Assembly (NCBI GenBank): GCA_964019335.1
Contig: OZ025699.1
Coordinates: 372,001 to 436,000, forward strand
Direction: 5' to 3'
Length of the DNA stretch: 64,000 nucleotides
Origin: Diplonema japonicum
Taxonomy: Eukaryota > Protista > Euglenozoa: Diplonemea
Of this stretch, positions 32,707 to 42,467 are shown piece after piece. The notes beneath the pieces are model-generated. The model was given only the letters and a program-made list of their open reading frames with translations. It was not told where the DNA came from and searched no databases. A program made the translations under genes and the position numbers. Positions within the stretch are counted from its first letter, which is position 1; every line of letters starts with the position of its first letter.

Positions 32707-35700
32707 TCATGACTCAGAAACATACTTCTTGCAAATAGCAATGAAGACCTGTTCGAGGGAGGTCTCGCTGATGGAGTAGTCCACGATGCCTAGCTTGTCC
32801 CTGGAGGACTGGATGATGGAGAACATCTCTGAGAGCCTCTGCCCTGCGGGGAGCTGGTAGGTGAGCCTGTGGTTGGTCTGCTCCACAAGGTCGGAGGAGG
32901 GGAAGGTGGTCTTGAAGAAGTCCTGGAACGCTTCCTCGCCTTCGGGGGCCACCTTCACCTGCACCTCGTAGGCCCCGCCGAACTTGTTCTTCAAATGCGA
33001 CAGCGTCCCCAAGCACTGCAGGCCACCGTCCACCATGATCGCCGTGCGGTGGGCCAGGGCCTCCACCTCCTCCAAGTGGTGGGTCGTGAGGACCACGCAC
33101 CTCCCCTTCCCGATGGCTTGCAGGGCGGACCACATCCCCCTCCTCGCCACAGGGTCCATCCCCGCGGTCGGCTCGTCCAGCAGGATGCACGACGGGCCCC
33201 CGATCAGGGAGATCGCGATGCTCGTCTTCCTCTTGTTCCCTCCCGACAGCTTCTTGCAGACCGTGTTCTCGTGCTCCTGCAGCCCCAGCACTTGGATCAG
33301 GCTGTTCGCCATCTCGCCCCTTATGCTTGTCGGGACCCCGCGAAGCGAGGCGTACAGCTCGATGTGCTCCCTCGGCGTCAGCATGTCCAGCAGCGCGTCG
33401 AACTGCGGGCAGTACCCAAGCTCCCTCTTCGCCTCCGCAGCGTCCGTCACTACGTCGTGGCCCTTGATCGAGGCCGTCCCCGCCGTCGGGGCGTAGTCCC
33501 CCGCCAGAACGGAGATGGTGCTCGTCTTCCCCGCCCCGTTCGTCCCCAAGAAGGCGAAGATCTCGTCCGTCTTCACACCGAACGTCACCTCGCGCACCGC
33601 GACCTTCGGAGGCTGGTTCCCGCGGGCCGGGTACACCTTTCGCACCCCGCGCACCTCCACCACGTCCCCGTCCCGCTTCGCCATCACCGCTGCCTTCTCC
33701 GCTGCGACGTCGTCGTCCATGATGGCGGCCTTCCCGTCCTCCCCCTCCGTCGTGTCCTCCACGTCCGTGTTGGGAGGCGTCTGCAGCCCGAGCTTGTACC
33801 AGATCTCCGGGAAGTCGTGCGAAATCGCCCCAAACGCGTACAGGGGGAACATGATGCACATGAACACGATGTCCCACCCCACCACGTCCATCGACAGTGG
33901 CGTGTCGGAGGTCGCTCCCATTCTGCGGTTCGCCGGCAGCTGTGCCAAGGCCAGGACCCCGTCCCCGAGGCAGAAGGCCGGGACCACGCGGAAGATGAAC
34001 CGCAGCACCTTCGCCACGTCCTCCGTCGACTCGATCCCCTGCAGAATCGCGATTGTGATGGTCAGCGCGAACCCCGAGAAGTAGTTCCCGAGCAGCACCG
34101 TGTTCTGCCCCGTCGTGGCGCTCTCGAAGTAGAAGGATGCAAAGTACGAGGCGAAGATCGCGGTCACCCCGTAGAAGAAGAACAGCAACAAGACGGCGAT
34201 GAAGGCCTCCGAGCTCCCGACGAACTCTTCCCTGTCGAAGATGAGGAAGACCAAGACGGAGAGGAAGGTGGAGACGATGAAGGAAACCAGGTCCCAGCAG
34301 AAGTTGGACAGCCAGTAGGCGCTGAGGCGCACCCCCGAGACGATCTGCACGTGCTTCGACTTGCTGACGCGCTCCCTCACAAGGAAGGCGACGTAGTTGG
34401 CGGGGATGAAGCAGAAGGGGAGGATGATGTTGATCGCGATCACCGTGGCGGTGTTGCTGTCCTCCTGGTCCTTGAAGTAGTCGCTGTAGGGAAGCGGGTG
34501 GTTCGTCACGCTGATCCCTGTCGCGTTGTCGTTCTGCTGCTGTCTGTACAGGAGGGACGCGTACCCGTTCAACATGATGGGAAGGCTGTGCAGGCTGCTC
34601 GAGTTGAAGAAGGCGCTCCGAGGCGTGAGGAGCCCCGCCGTTTCTTGGAACAGGGCCTGCCAACACTTCACGTTTCTCCCGTCCCTGTGCAACAAATAAT
34701 TGCTCATGTTCGCCGCCGTCCCGTACAGGTCGGGCCTCGGTGACACCCCCTCGATCATCCCTTCCGCCGCGTACGGGCTGCTCACAGGCGACACGGGGTA
34801 GATGGAGTCTTCGTCGTACTGCACCAGGTTGATGGCCGAGAGGTCGGACGTGGAGGTCGACACGAGGGCGAGCGTATACAGCACCACCACCACAGGCAAC
34901 ACGAGTTGGAAGCATATGGTGCACTTGTCGCGCTTGCTGTAGATGAACCTCTTGTAGAAGAGGCCCGTCCACTGCGAGCTGTAGAGCTCCGCTCCCTGCA
35001 TCCTGTCGGCCGGGTCGATGTCGATTCCTTCCAAGAGGTGCTTCTCGTTGCCCCCGTCTGCTCCCTTCGTCACCCCGGACGGCGAGGGCTCCGCGTCGGG
35101 TTCCGTCTTCGCGTTGTCGTGTGCGATCTTGATGAAGATCTCCTCCAAGGTCGTCACGCTTATCCCGAAGGTGTTGACCCCCAGCTCCTTGCCCCTCACC
35201 TCAAGCTGTTCGAACAGGCTCGCGAAGTTCGGAAGCCCCCACATGGGAACCCTGTATGCAAGCTCCGACCCGGCCGACGACAGCAGCTCGATGTTTTGCT
35301 CGTCGCCCTCTCCCTTCAGCGGGCCCACCTCCTCCTTGATGGTGTTGGTGATGGTCGAGACGTCGGTTCCCGGAGCCAGCTCCATGGTGAGGTTGTAGCC
35401 CACCCCCAGCTTCTGCTTCAGGAAGAACGACGACCCCCAGCAGTTCACGCGCCCGTCGTGCAGGATGGCGATCGAGTCCCCCAAGAGGTCCGCCTCGTCC
35501 ATGAAGTGCGTCGTCAGCAGGATGGTGCGCCCCGCCCGCACCGTCTTCAGCAGATCCCACACCGCCCTCCTTGCCTGCACGTCCATCCCGGCAGTCGGCT
35601 CGTCGAGGATCAGGAACTTCGGGCCCCCCATCAAGGAGATCCCCACGCTGAGCTTCCGCTTCATCCCGCCAGACAGCGCCATCGAGTACACGTCCTTCTT

Positions 35701-37812
35701 GTCGTCCAGCTCCACCTTCCTCAGGATGTCGTCCACGTGCTCTTCCAGCTGCGTCCCGGGAACCCCCTTCACCCGTCCGTAGTAGCGGAGGTGCTCCGCG
35801 CACGTCATGTTGTCCCACAAGATGTTGTGCTGCGGACACAGCCCGATGTCCTTCCTCACCGCCTCCATGTTGTACCGCACCGAGTTGTTGAACACAGAGG
35901 CATCCCCCGAGGTCACAGGCAGCATCCCCGTCAGCATGTTGATGAGGGTCGTCTTCCCCGCTCCGTTGTGCCCCAGCAGCGCCAGGATCTGCCCCTCGTA
36001 CAGCGACAGGTTCACGTTGTTCACCGCCACGTTCGTGTGCCCGTCCCGCTTGAACTCCTTCCGAAGGTTCTTCACCTTGATCCTCTCCTTTTGGAGGAGG
36101 TCCTGGTCCGTGATCTCTTCCAGGTTGTCCCGGTTCATCATCCCGTCTTCAGCCTCGTTCACCTCGTCCTCCGTCCCCTCCGACTTGAACCACAAGGGCG
36201 GCCAGCAGAAGTAGTAGAAGGGCTTCTTCGCCCCCCACTCGCTGGGCAGCACCTGGTCCAGCCACGCCGCGAGCAGGAGGTAGACCACCGTGTCGCCCCA
36301 CATGAACCCCAGGGCCGTCAGCAGGGAGTACGAACCGTCCCCGATGCTGCTCCAGGTGATGGAGTCCCCCTTCCCAGCGGCGTCAAAGAGCAGGTCCAAG
36401 GCCTGCGAGAAGGCGTAGGTGTTGAAGATGGAGAGGCCGCGCTGGGTCGAGGTGGACGAGCTCCCCAGGATAAAGGAGGGGATCGCGGTCAACAGGTACA
36501 CCATCGGGCTCACAAGACTCGCGAGCGACGCCTTCGAGAAGAACACAGACATCAGCATCCCAGCCGCAACCAGCGACAGGCAGTAGCTCTGGCACACAAC
36601 AAGGATGAGGAAGTAGTCCGTGTCGTCCAGGAAGGAGGTCACCACCACGATGGACAGCAGGAGACCCGTGATCGCCATCTGCACCATCGCGGTGAAGAGC
36701 CAGGAGAGCTTGAAGGCGGCGGAGGGCAGCCCCATGATGAGCATCGCCTCTCGGATGCGCGACTCCTTCTCCTTCACGATGGCGGACACGATCTGCGAGA
36801 GGGGGAAGAGGAAGGCGAGCGTCATGATCATCGGGAGGAAGTCTCCAGCACTCTTCAGGAAGCTGTTGGAGCGGTACCCCTGCACGGGCATGGGGACCAG
36901 GAGAGGCTCGTCTGCAACGGTTGACCCTGTGATGTTGCGGTTGTAGAGGGCTTGGATCGTGAGGAAGCCGCCGCCGAGGTAGGTGCGGAACCCGTCGTTC
37001 AGGCCGTTGTCCGACGTGGTGTACGACTCGGTGTCCGGGGTAGACGTTCGGTTCATCCGGATAGTGTAGTCGGTGGCCCCGTTCAGAACCACGACAGCCC
37101 AGATCTTGCTGGACCCGGCGCGCGTCGACGCGTAGTCGGTCGCATCCTTCTCCGTTGCAAACCGGTTCGTCCTCACGAACTGGTACGTGTACGTGTTCTG
37201 CGTGAACCAGTCGTCGAACTGCCCCAGCAACGCTCCGTCCCCGCTGTGCACGCTGATCTCCTCCCCCGTCCGGAGCGCGTTCGCCATGTTCACCCCCTCG
37301 TCGCTCTCCCCGGGCAGCTCAATCGTCTGCGCGAAGTGCCTCCACAGCGCCACCACGTCGAAGCTCGGGATCGTCGTGGAGTTCGTCACATCGAACCAGG
37401 GGTTCAACACCCGGCCCAGCGTGTCGCCGTCGCTGATCGAGGAGTTCAAACAGAGGTTCCCGAGGCAGTGGTGCTCGGGCGGACTGTCCGTGCAGAGGGA
37501 GTACCCCGAGGGGACCGTCTGCCCGTTCCGCGTGCACATCCAGGGACGGAAGTAGTCATCCACGTTCATGTGGTTGTCCAGGAACTCCCGGTTCCCGTAG
37601 CTGTCGAAACCGGCCGCGACGTAGGCGGGAACAAGCATCGTCATGAACAGGGCGGGAAGCAGGATCTCCACCAGCGTCCCCACCCACGACCGCATCTTCA
37701 GCCGCGCGTTCTTCACCATCACGAAGCACACCGCAGCCATGAGGTTCGGCTTCTCGAACTCCCCCACTTTCACACCCTCCCCCCTTTTCACTCCGTCATC
37801 GCTTCCGAGCAT
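32707..37812 (-). CDS. ABCA-subfamily full transporter
   Basis: Two TMD-NBD halves: GHNGAGKT/LSGGMKRKL/ILDEPT and GTNGAGKT/LSGGNKRK/LLDEPT; EKESRIRE and TLEEIF ABCA motifs. ATG at 37812; GTG alternative at 37833. Confidence 0.95.
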   Translation of the reverse strand: MLGSDDGVKRGEGVKVGEFEKPNLMAAVCFVMVKNARLKMRSWVGTLVEILLPALFMTMLVPAYVAAGFDSYGNREFLDNHMNVDDYFRPWMCTRNGQTVPSGYSLCTDSPPEHHCLGNLCLNSSISDGDTLGRVLNPWFDVTNSTTIPSFDVVALWRHFAQTIELPGESDEGVNMANALRTGEEISVHSGDGALLGQFDDWFTQNTYTYQFVRTNRFATEKDATDYASTRAGSSKIWAVVVLNGATDYTIRMNRTSTPDTESYTTSDNGLNDGFRTYLGGGFLTIQALYNRNITGSTVADEPLLVPMPVQGYRSNSFLKSAGDFLPMIMTLAFLFPLSQIVSAIVKEKESRIREAMLIMGLPSAAFKLSWLFTAMVQMAITGLLLSIVVVTSFLDDTDYFLILVVCQSYCLSLVAAGMLMSVFFSKASLASLVSPMVYLLTAIPSFILGSSSTSTQRGLSIFNTYAFSQALDLLFDAAGKGDSITWSSIGDGSYSLLTALGFMWGDTVVYLLLAAWLDQVLPSEWGAKKPFYYFCWPPLWFKSEGTEDEVNEAEDGMMNRDNLEEITDQDLLQKERIKVKNLRKEFKRDGHTNVAVNNVNLSLYEGQILALLGHNGAGKTTLINMLTGMLPVTSGDASVFNNSVRYNMEAVRKDIGLCPQHNILWDNMTCAEHLRYYGRVKGVPGTQLEEHVDDILRKVELDDKKDVYSMALSGGMKRKLSVGISLMGGPKFLILDEPTAGMDVQARRAVWDLLKTVRAGRTILLTTHFMDEADLLGDSIAILHDGRVNCWGSSFFLKQKLGVGYNLTMELAPGTDVSTITNTIKEEVGPLKGEGDEQNIELLSSAGSELAYRVPMWGLPNFASLFEQLEVRGKELGVNTFGISVTTLEEIFIKIAHDNAKTEPDAEPSPSGVTKGADGGNEKHLLEGIDIDPADRMQGAELYSSQWTGLFYKRFIYSKRDKCTICFQLVLPVVVVLYTLALVSTSTSDLSAINLVQYDEDSIYPVSPVSSPYAAEGMIEGVSPRPDLYGTAANMSNYLLHRDGRNVKCWQALFQETAGLLTPRSAFFNSSSLHSLPIMLNGYASLLYRQQQNDNATGISVTNHPLPYSDYFKDQEDSNTATVIAINIILPFCFIPANYVAFLVRERVSKSKHVQIVSGVRLSAYWLSNFCWDLVSFIVSTFLSVLVFLIFDREEFVGSSEAFIAVLLLFFFYGVTAIFASYFASFYFESATTGQNTVLLGNYFSGFALTITIAILQGIESTEDVAKVLRFIFRVVPAFCLGDGVLALAQLPANRRMGATSDTPLSMDVVGWDIVFMCIMFPLYAFGAISHDFPEIWYKLGLQTPPNTDVEDTTEGEDGKAAIMDDDVAAEKAAVMAKRDGDVVEVRGVRKVYPARGNQPPKVAVREVTFGVKTDEIFAFLGTNGAGKTSTISVLAGDYAPTAGTASIKGHDVVTDAAEAKRELGYCPQFDALLDMLTPREHIELYASLRGVPTSIRGEMANSLIQVLGLQEHENTVCKKLSGGNKRKTSIAISLIGGPSCILLDEPTAGMDPVARRGMWSALQAIGKGRCVVLTTHHLEEVEALAHRTAIMVDGGLQCLGTLSHLKNKFGGAYEVQVKVAPEGEEAFQDFFKTTFPSSDLVEQTNHRLTYQLPAGQRLSEMFSIIQSSRDKLGIVDYSISETSLEQVFIAICKKYVSES

Positions 37813-37934
37813 CGTCGTGGCCCGTGGGGGCACGCTGGTCTCCGAGTGGCTAATTTTGACAAAAAAAAAAAGAAAACCTGTGAGGGGGGGTTGTGTTCAG
37901 TGGAGAGCAAAACCATAAAACAAAAAAGGGCGAC

Positions 37935-38040
37935 GGGGGAGGGGTGAGAGGAGAGGTTCTGATGATGGACCATTCTTCAGTGAGGTCGAAGTGGGAGAGG
38001 GCGGAGGCGATCCGCTCTGATGACGGAGCACATCTTCTGG
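37935..38040 (-). pseudogene. Short decayed cyclase fragment upstream of ABCA
   Basis: Matches about 49320-49431, with deletions. Confidence 0.7.
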
Positions 38041-38082
38041 ACTTCTAGAAGGTCATGTCGAAATGAATCAAAAACAGCTAAA

Positions 38083-39720
38083 TTATCCCTTTGGAAAAAG
38101 GGGTAAGGTAAGTCTAGCGGGGGGCATGGCTTCTTTCACTAGTGTCAAAAGCACCGTCTTGTGATCCCTCACCTCATCAGGAGCATCAGCCTTTAACAAG
38201 CGGAGCGCCTGTTGCCCGTCACCCAACAAATAATACCTCCCTGCCTCATTGTAGGCTTCCCACACATTGCTTCCAAGCTCGTACATCCACTCACCAGCTT
38301 CGGTCTTCCCGCCCTGTGCGGAAAGGACCTCATAAGCAACAGTATCGTCAAGAGATAAAAGGATAACGCGTATATCGAAAGCATAGGACACTTCTTTGTA
38401 GATGGATGTGCTGCAGACGATGTTGAACTTCTCATGCCCGCAGAGTCGTTCCAGTTGCGAGGCTTGAACGGCGACCTTTCCGATGACGGCGATCGACATC
38501 AGCTCGGCACACCCGAACGACCCGCAGTGCGCTGACCCTGTTGCGATGCCTGTTGATATTTCCACCGATTCGGCTTTGGTAAGAGGTTGCAAGAGCAACG
38601 CAGCTTCTACCGCTGATTTGGCGTGCGTTGTACACTTCCTGGAACTGTTGAACGCGGTGTGGATGTGGTCCCCAACGACCCCGCTGACCACCCCGTTGTG
38701 CATCGTTACGGCTTTCAACACCGCAGAGACAAACCGTGTAAATCGTTCAGCGTACGCCCCCGGGTTCTCTTCTATACCGTCGTGAGTCCCGCAGAGGTTG
38801 AACACCGAACACGACACCTTCCGCTTCTCAACAAGCATTATCAAATTGCTTTCCGCCAGATCCGATACACTGGCTTTGAATTCGTCCTCCATCGCCTCAG
38901 AACCGGAGTCCACATCGAAATTGGTCATTTGAAGGCACGACTGCGGGAGGTACGGGCGGTAAATATGCAGATTGTTGAGAATGCCGGATAGCGCGTCGAA
39001 TAGCTGCGGGGGCAAACCCGATTCCCCGATGGCTTGCTCGGCGGACTCGAGGTCGAAGCGGGACAGGCAGCTTGCAATGTGCTCGGCGGCGGCGATCACA
39101 GACTTCATCGTCTCTCGCTCTGCGTGGAGATCGCGTGCAAAGCTTCTCGTGAAGTAAAAATCAAGAAGAAAGATAAGCAGCGTCGCCAAAAGCTCTGTAA
39201 GCTGCAGTTTGATGGATTTCTTGCAAGGCAGAGTGGCACACTGATATACTTCCCTTCGCTGACCTTGCGTGGAAAACTGGATAAAATTCGACTCCACGTC
39301 ATATAAGCCAAACCTGGTAGTGTCCTCAATCGTAACAATAACCAGCCACGCCATCAGTGTTGAGACAAGACATTTCGTGACACGACCCGGGAGCCTGAAG
39401 ACTAAGGCCACATCGGTTAGTACTACAAAGAAGGACCACATTCTCATTGAGGGCTCGGCAATGTTCTTCCAGTCCGCCAGCAGCAGCGAGACACCACTTC
39501 CGTAAAGCATCAACTCAACTAGCTTGTCGTTTACGCTTTTCGTCACGAAGAGATGCCCGAAGAAAATAGTGTGTGTTATAAGAAGGAACGTGTAGTGGTA
39601 GCTCGCCTCAGTGAACATCGCGACAATGCAAGTGAGCGGGGCCGGCAGCATCAGCAGCAGCACCTTCTTCCTGGAGATCTCCAAGCTGCTGTCCCCGGGC
39701 TTCGTCACGAATCGTAACAT
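38083..39720 (-). CDS. Multi-TM receptor with only a degenerate cyclase-like domain
   Basis: Same TM region, DFYFTR and NNLHIYRPYLP linker as the cyclases. Lacks FTDI, EVKT and NxAAR. C-terminal EWMYEL. Confidence 0.8.
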   Translation of the reverse strand: MLRFVTKPGDSSLEISRKKVLLLMLPAPLTCIVAMFTEASYHYTFLLITHTIFFGHLFVTKSVNDKLVELMLYGSGVSLLLADWKNIAEPSMRMWSFFVVLTDVALVFRLPGRVTKCLVSTLMAWLVIVTIEDTTRFGLYDVESNFIQFSTQGQRREVYQCATLPCKKSIKLQLTELLATLLIFLLDFYFTRSFARDLHAERETMKSVIAAAEHIASCLSRFDLESAEQAIGESGLPPQLFDALSGILNNLHIYRPYLPQSCLQMTNFDVDSGSEAMEDEFKASVSDLAESNLIMLVEKRKVSCSVFNLCGTHDGIEENPGAYAERFTRFVSAVLKAVTMHNGVVSGVVGDHIHTAFNSSRKCTTHAKSAVEAALLLQPLTKAESVEISTGIATGSAHCGSFGCAELMSIAVIGKVAVQASQLERLCGHEKFNIVCSTSIYKEVSYAFDIRVILLSLDDTVAYEVLSAQGGKTEAGEWMYELGSNVWEAYNEAGRYYLLGDGQQALRLLKADAPDEVRDHKTVLLTLVKEAMPPARLTLPLFPKG

Positions 39721-40022
39721 GAGTACCCCCCCTATATCCCGCCTTTTTTTCCCACAGAAAGAAGAAAAAGAAATAAGGAAATTAGAAAAAAAACAATATG
39801 CAATCTGGGATTAAAAACTGCATGCCACACCCACTACTCTTCCCCCCCCCCCCCTTGCTCTTACAAGAAACTGAGCGGTACTTGTTAAAATAAAAATAAA
39901 AGAAGGAAAAAAAAAAAGAAAAAGTAGGACACCTTCGAATATTTCCTGAGTGCCCCCATAACGTATGTAGTTAAAAAGAAAAACACACCCCTCCCTTTTT
40001 TTTTTTTTGTTCCCCTTCGTTT

Positions 40023-41069
40023 CTACAGCTTAGCAGCAGTCCCGTTCGAGAGCTTAGTGGCAACGACAACCTTAGTCAGCCCGTGGATGAGATCGAAGGC
40101 GGCATCGACCGTTTCAAAACCCGCCTCCTTGACAACACGCGAAACATTGCTGGGACACAATCCAAGCCCCTCGGTATTAACAGCAACATGCTGAAGCGCC
40201 CACAACGCTGCCGACTTAGGGCCCTGTAAGTCATCGTCCACCATGAAGTCATGCACAACAAGCCGACCGTTCGGCTTCAAAACACGATACGCCTGCTGGT
40301 ACATTGGAAGGAGCATGTCACAGGGGACGGAACCAGATAGGTACGACATAAGCACCAAGTCATGCGAAGATTCAGGAAGCCCCCACGCCGTGAGAGCTGT
40401 TCCTGATTCGTATGTCACGCGGGCCGCCACACTTGCCCCGTACTGAGAGACGATCTCGGCGCCTGTCTCCGCGACCTTAGGAAGCTCTAGAATAGTGGAC
40501 CTGAGGTTTTTGTACCTCATGGCCATTGCGATGCTGAACGCGCCTGAGCCGCCGCCAATGTCCGCAACACAACCAACATCACAGTTAACCTTCTTGAGAA
40601 GCTGCCGTGCAGTCGCCATAGACCCGTTGTGCTGTGCCAATGTGTACTGCCTGGCCTCTTTGGCATTGTTAAACCATGTCTCGTAGGTAGGCCCTGTTCC
40701 TGTAGACACTGTTTTACCGAGGTCTGCCATGTGGGTGTAGAACTGACGGCCGACCTGGAGGCGGAGATAGTCCCCGTAGAAATGCTTGCTGGACCTTACT
40801 AGGAAGGATGTGGTTGATGAGTGGAGGGTGTATCTACCGTTGTTGTCCCTGTGGATTAGCTTGGTGCTGGTCAGTGCTGTGAGGAGTGTCTGCAGCCTCG
40901 GGGCGTCGATTTTCAACGCCTTTTGAATATCCTTCACAGTGGGCTTTTCCTTGCTGTTGTGGATCGCATCGAACAGGCCGAGCTCTAATGCTGCAAAGAG
41001 TGCCTGCGAGGCCATGAAACCATAAGCAATATCCTCGATGCTGATTGGCACTTCATTGCTTGACGACAT
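40023..41069 (-). CDS. DSYB: DSYB-like MTHB S-methyltransferase (DMSP biosynthesis) with C-terminal PTS1 AKL
   Basis: IAYGFMASQALF, RLQTLLTAL, FYGDYLRLQVGRQFY, YTLAQHNGS, DIGGGSGAFS, VLMSYLSGSVP, HDFMV, ALWALQHVAVN..GLGLCP are recalled as characteristic of DsyB/DSYB. Confidence 0.8.
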   Translation of the reverse strand: MSSSNEVPISIEDIAYGFMASQALFAALELGLFDAIHNSKEKPTVKDIQKALKIDAPRLQTLLTALTSTKLIHRDNNGRYTLHSSTTSFLVRSSKHFYGDYLRLQVGRQFYTHMADLGKTVSTGTGPTYETWFNNAKEARQYTLAQHNGSMATARQLLKKVNCDVGCVADIGGGSGAFSIAMAMRYKNLRSTILELPKVAETGAEIVSQYGASVAARVTYESGTALTAWGLPESSHDLVLMSYLSGSVPCDMLLPMYQQAYRVLKPNGRLVVHDFMVDDDLQGPKSAALWALQHVAVNTEGLGLCPSNVSRVVKEAGFETVDAAFDLIHGLTKVVVATKLSNGTAAKL

Positions 41070-41177
41070 TATTATTTTTCCTTTCCCGCCCCCCCTTTTT
41101 TTTTTCTTTTTTGAGGAAACGCTGACAAATATATAAAAAGAAAAAAGAAAACTACAAAGTGCAGGACAAAGAAAAAT

Positions 41178-41800
41178 ATATATGAGTTAAAGGAAGTCTT
41201 TGTGAGACGCCCCCTTGTTCTCATCTTCTACCTGCACCTATCCCCTTTCAGCAGCGGTTTCTCCTCCTTTGGTGGTCTTGCCGGCCTTCTCCCCAGCCTG
41301 GCCGCTCTTTCTCTTCGTTCTCTCGCCCATTGTCCTTTCAACGCCTCTAGGTCTTGCTTGGTCTTCGGTGATGCAAATATCGCCCTCCTGTTCCATCCGA
41401 TCACCGCCTTTGTCCTCCCGATGGATCGTAGTGTGTGCACCCTTGTGCTCGGCTCAGCTGGGAAGGCCCTCCTTCCTTTCACCTTCTTCAGTACCCTCCC
41501 TAGCTCCCATGTGTGCCAGATCTTCTTCATCAGTCCATGCAATCTCCTCGCTTTCTGCTGTACTTCTGCGAGATCCCCCAGCTTCCCTCCAAGGGTCTTC
41601 CCGGTCACGTTCTCGAAATCCAGTGCCAGCTCCACCGTCGACACTGACGTGTTCCTGCTGCCTGCATACCAGCGCAGTTGCCGCATCCACCTCAGCACCT
41701 CCTTCGTGTACTCCCGTAGGACATCCCCTGCCGGTAGCTTGCCGAAGTCCTTGTCCGACGGTACTGGGTGTTCTTGACCTTGTGTGTTCTCCTGCCATAT
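41178..41800 (-). mobile_element. LINE-like 3' fragment
   Basis: WMRQLRWY..ELALDFEN..GWNRRAIFAS..KGDRCR* is homologous to the 26374 ORF. Confidence 0.8.
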
Positions 41801-42467
41801 ATTATGTGTAAGAAGTAAATGGGACCTCGGTTTGTAAATATGAAATGTCTTTTTCTTGCACGGAACAGGCAGAAGTAAAAAAAGAAGAAGAAGTGTCGTA
41901 CTTTTGTTTGTGCACAGCCGGGGGGGGTTAACCTGTAGAAGGATAAGCCCAACAATGCTACCGCTACTCTTTTTAGCCCTGCACACCCTTCGGACGACGT
42001 GTTCCTTCAGTTTTCTAAGCAACTGAAACTCACGGTGTGGGATGGACCAAAGAGAAACACCAAAGGGACTGTTAAGATGTAGTAGGACGTCGAAAGGCTT
42101 GCGTCGTTGTTCGGTCGCGGGTGGCCGGAACCTTTAACATGGTGCGTCTCCAGACAGACAGTGGTAGGTGAGGAAGACTTCGCTGGCGGTCACGATACTC
42201 AATCAGTGCGACGCATCCTTCCATGCCCGGAAGGAAGGCGGGTCATCTGCGGTAGTGTAATGACTTGACGTGCAAACAAACGCTATCTAACCAGAGGAGC
42301 TCCGTCGGATAATAGGGATGCTGCATTGTGTGGTTTTCATGATTGACATCTCAGCCATCCACCCCTAGGGGGTATTCGAAACTGCTAGGATGCCAGTGAA
42401 ATACTGATGCCCAGTGAAAAAAATACTTCACGGCATAGAAATGCCGAAGGAACGTAACCTTTTGGTT

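Noticed and set aside
32714-37947. Long alternative-frame and antisense ORFs (752, 624, 672, 331 aa) over ABCA
   Set aside because: Explained by very high GC3 suppressing stop codons; Arg/Gly/His-rich translations with no motifs.
41183-41197. U12 branch-point-like TTCCTTTAAC in element termini
   Set aside because: Imperfect match, no U12 donor, and it is part of a retroelement UTR.
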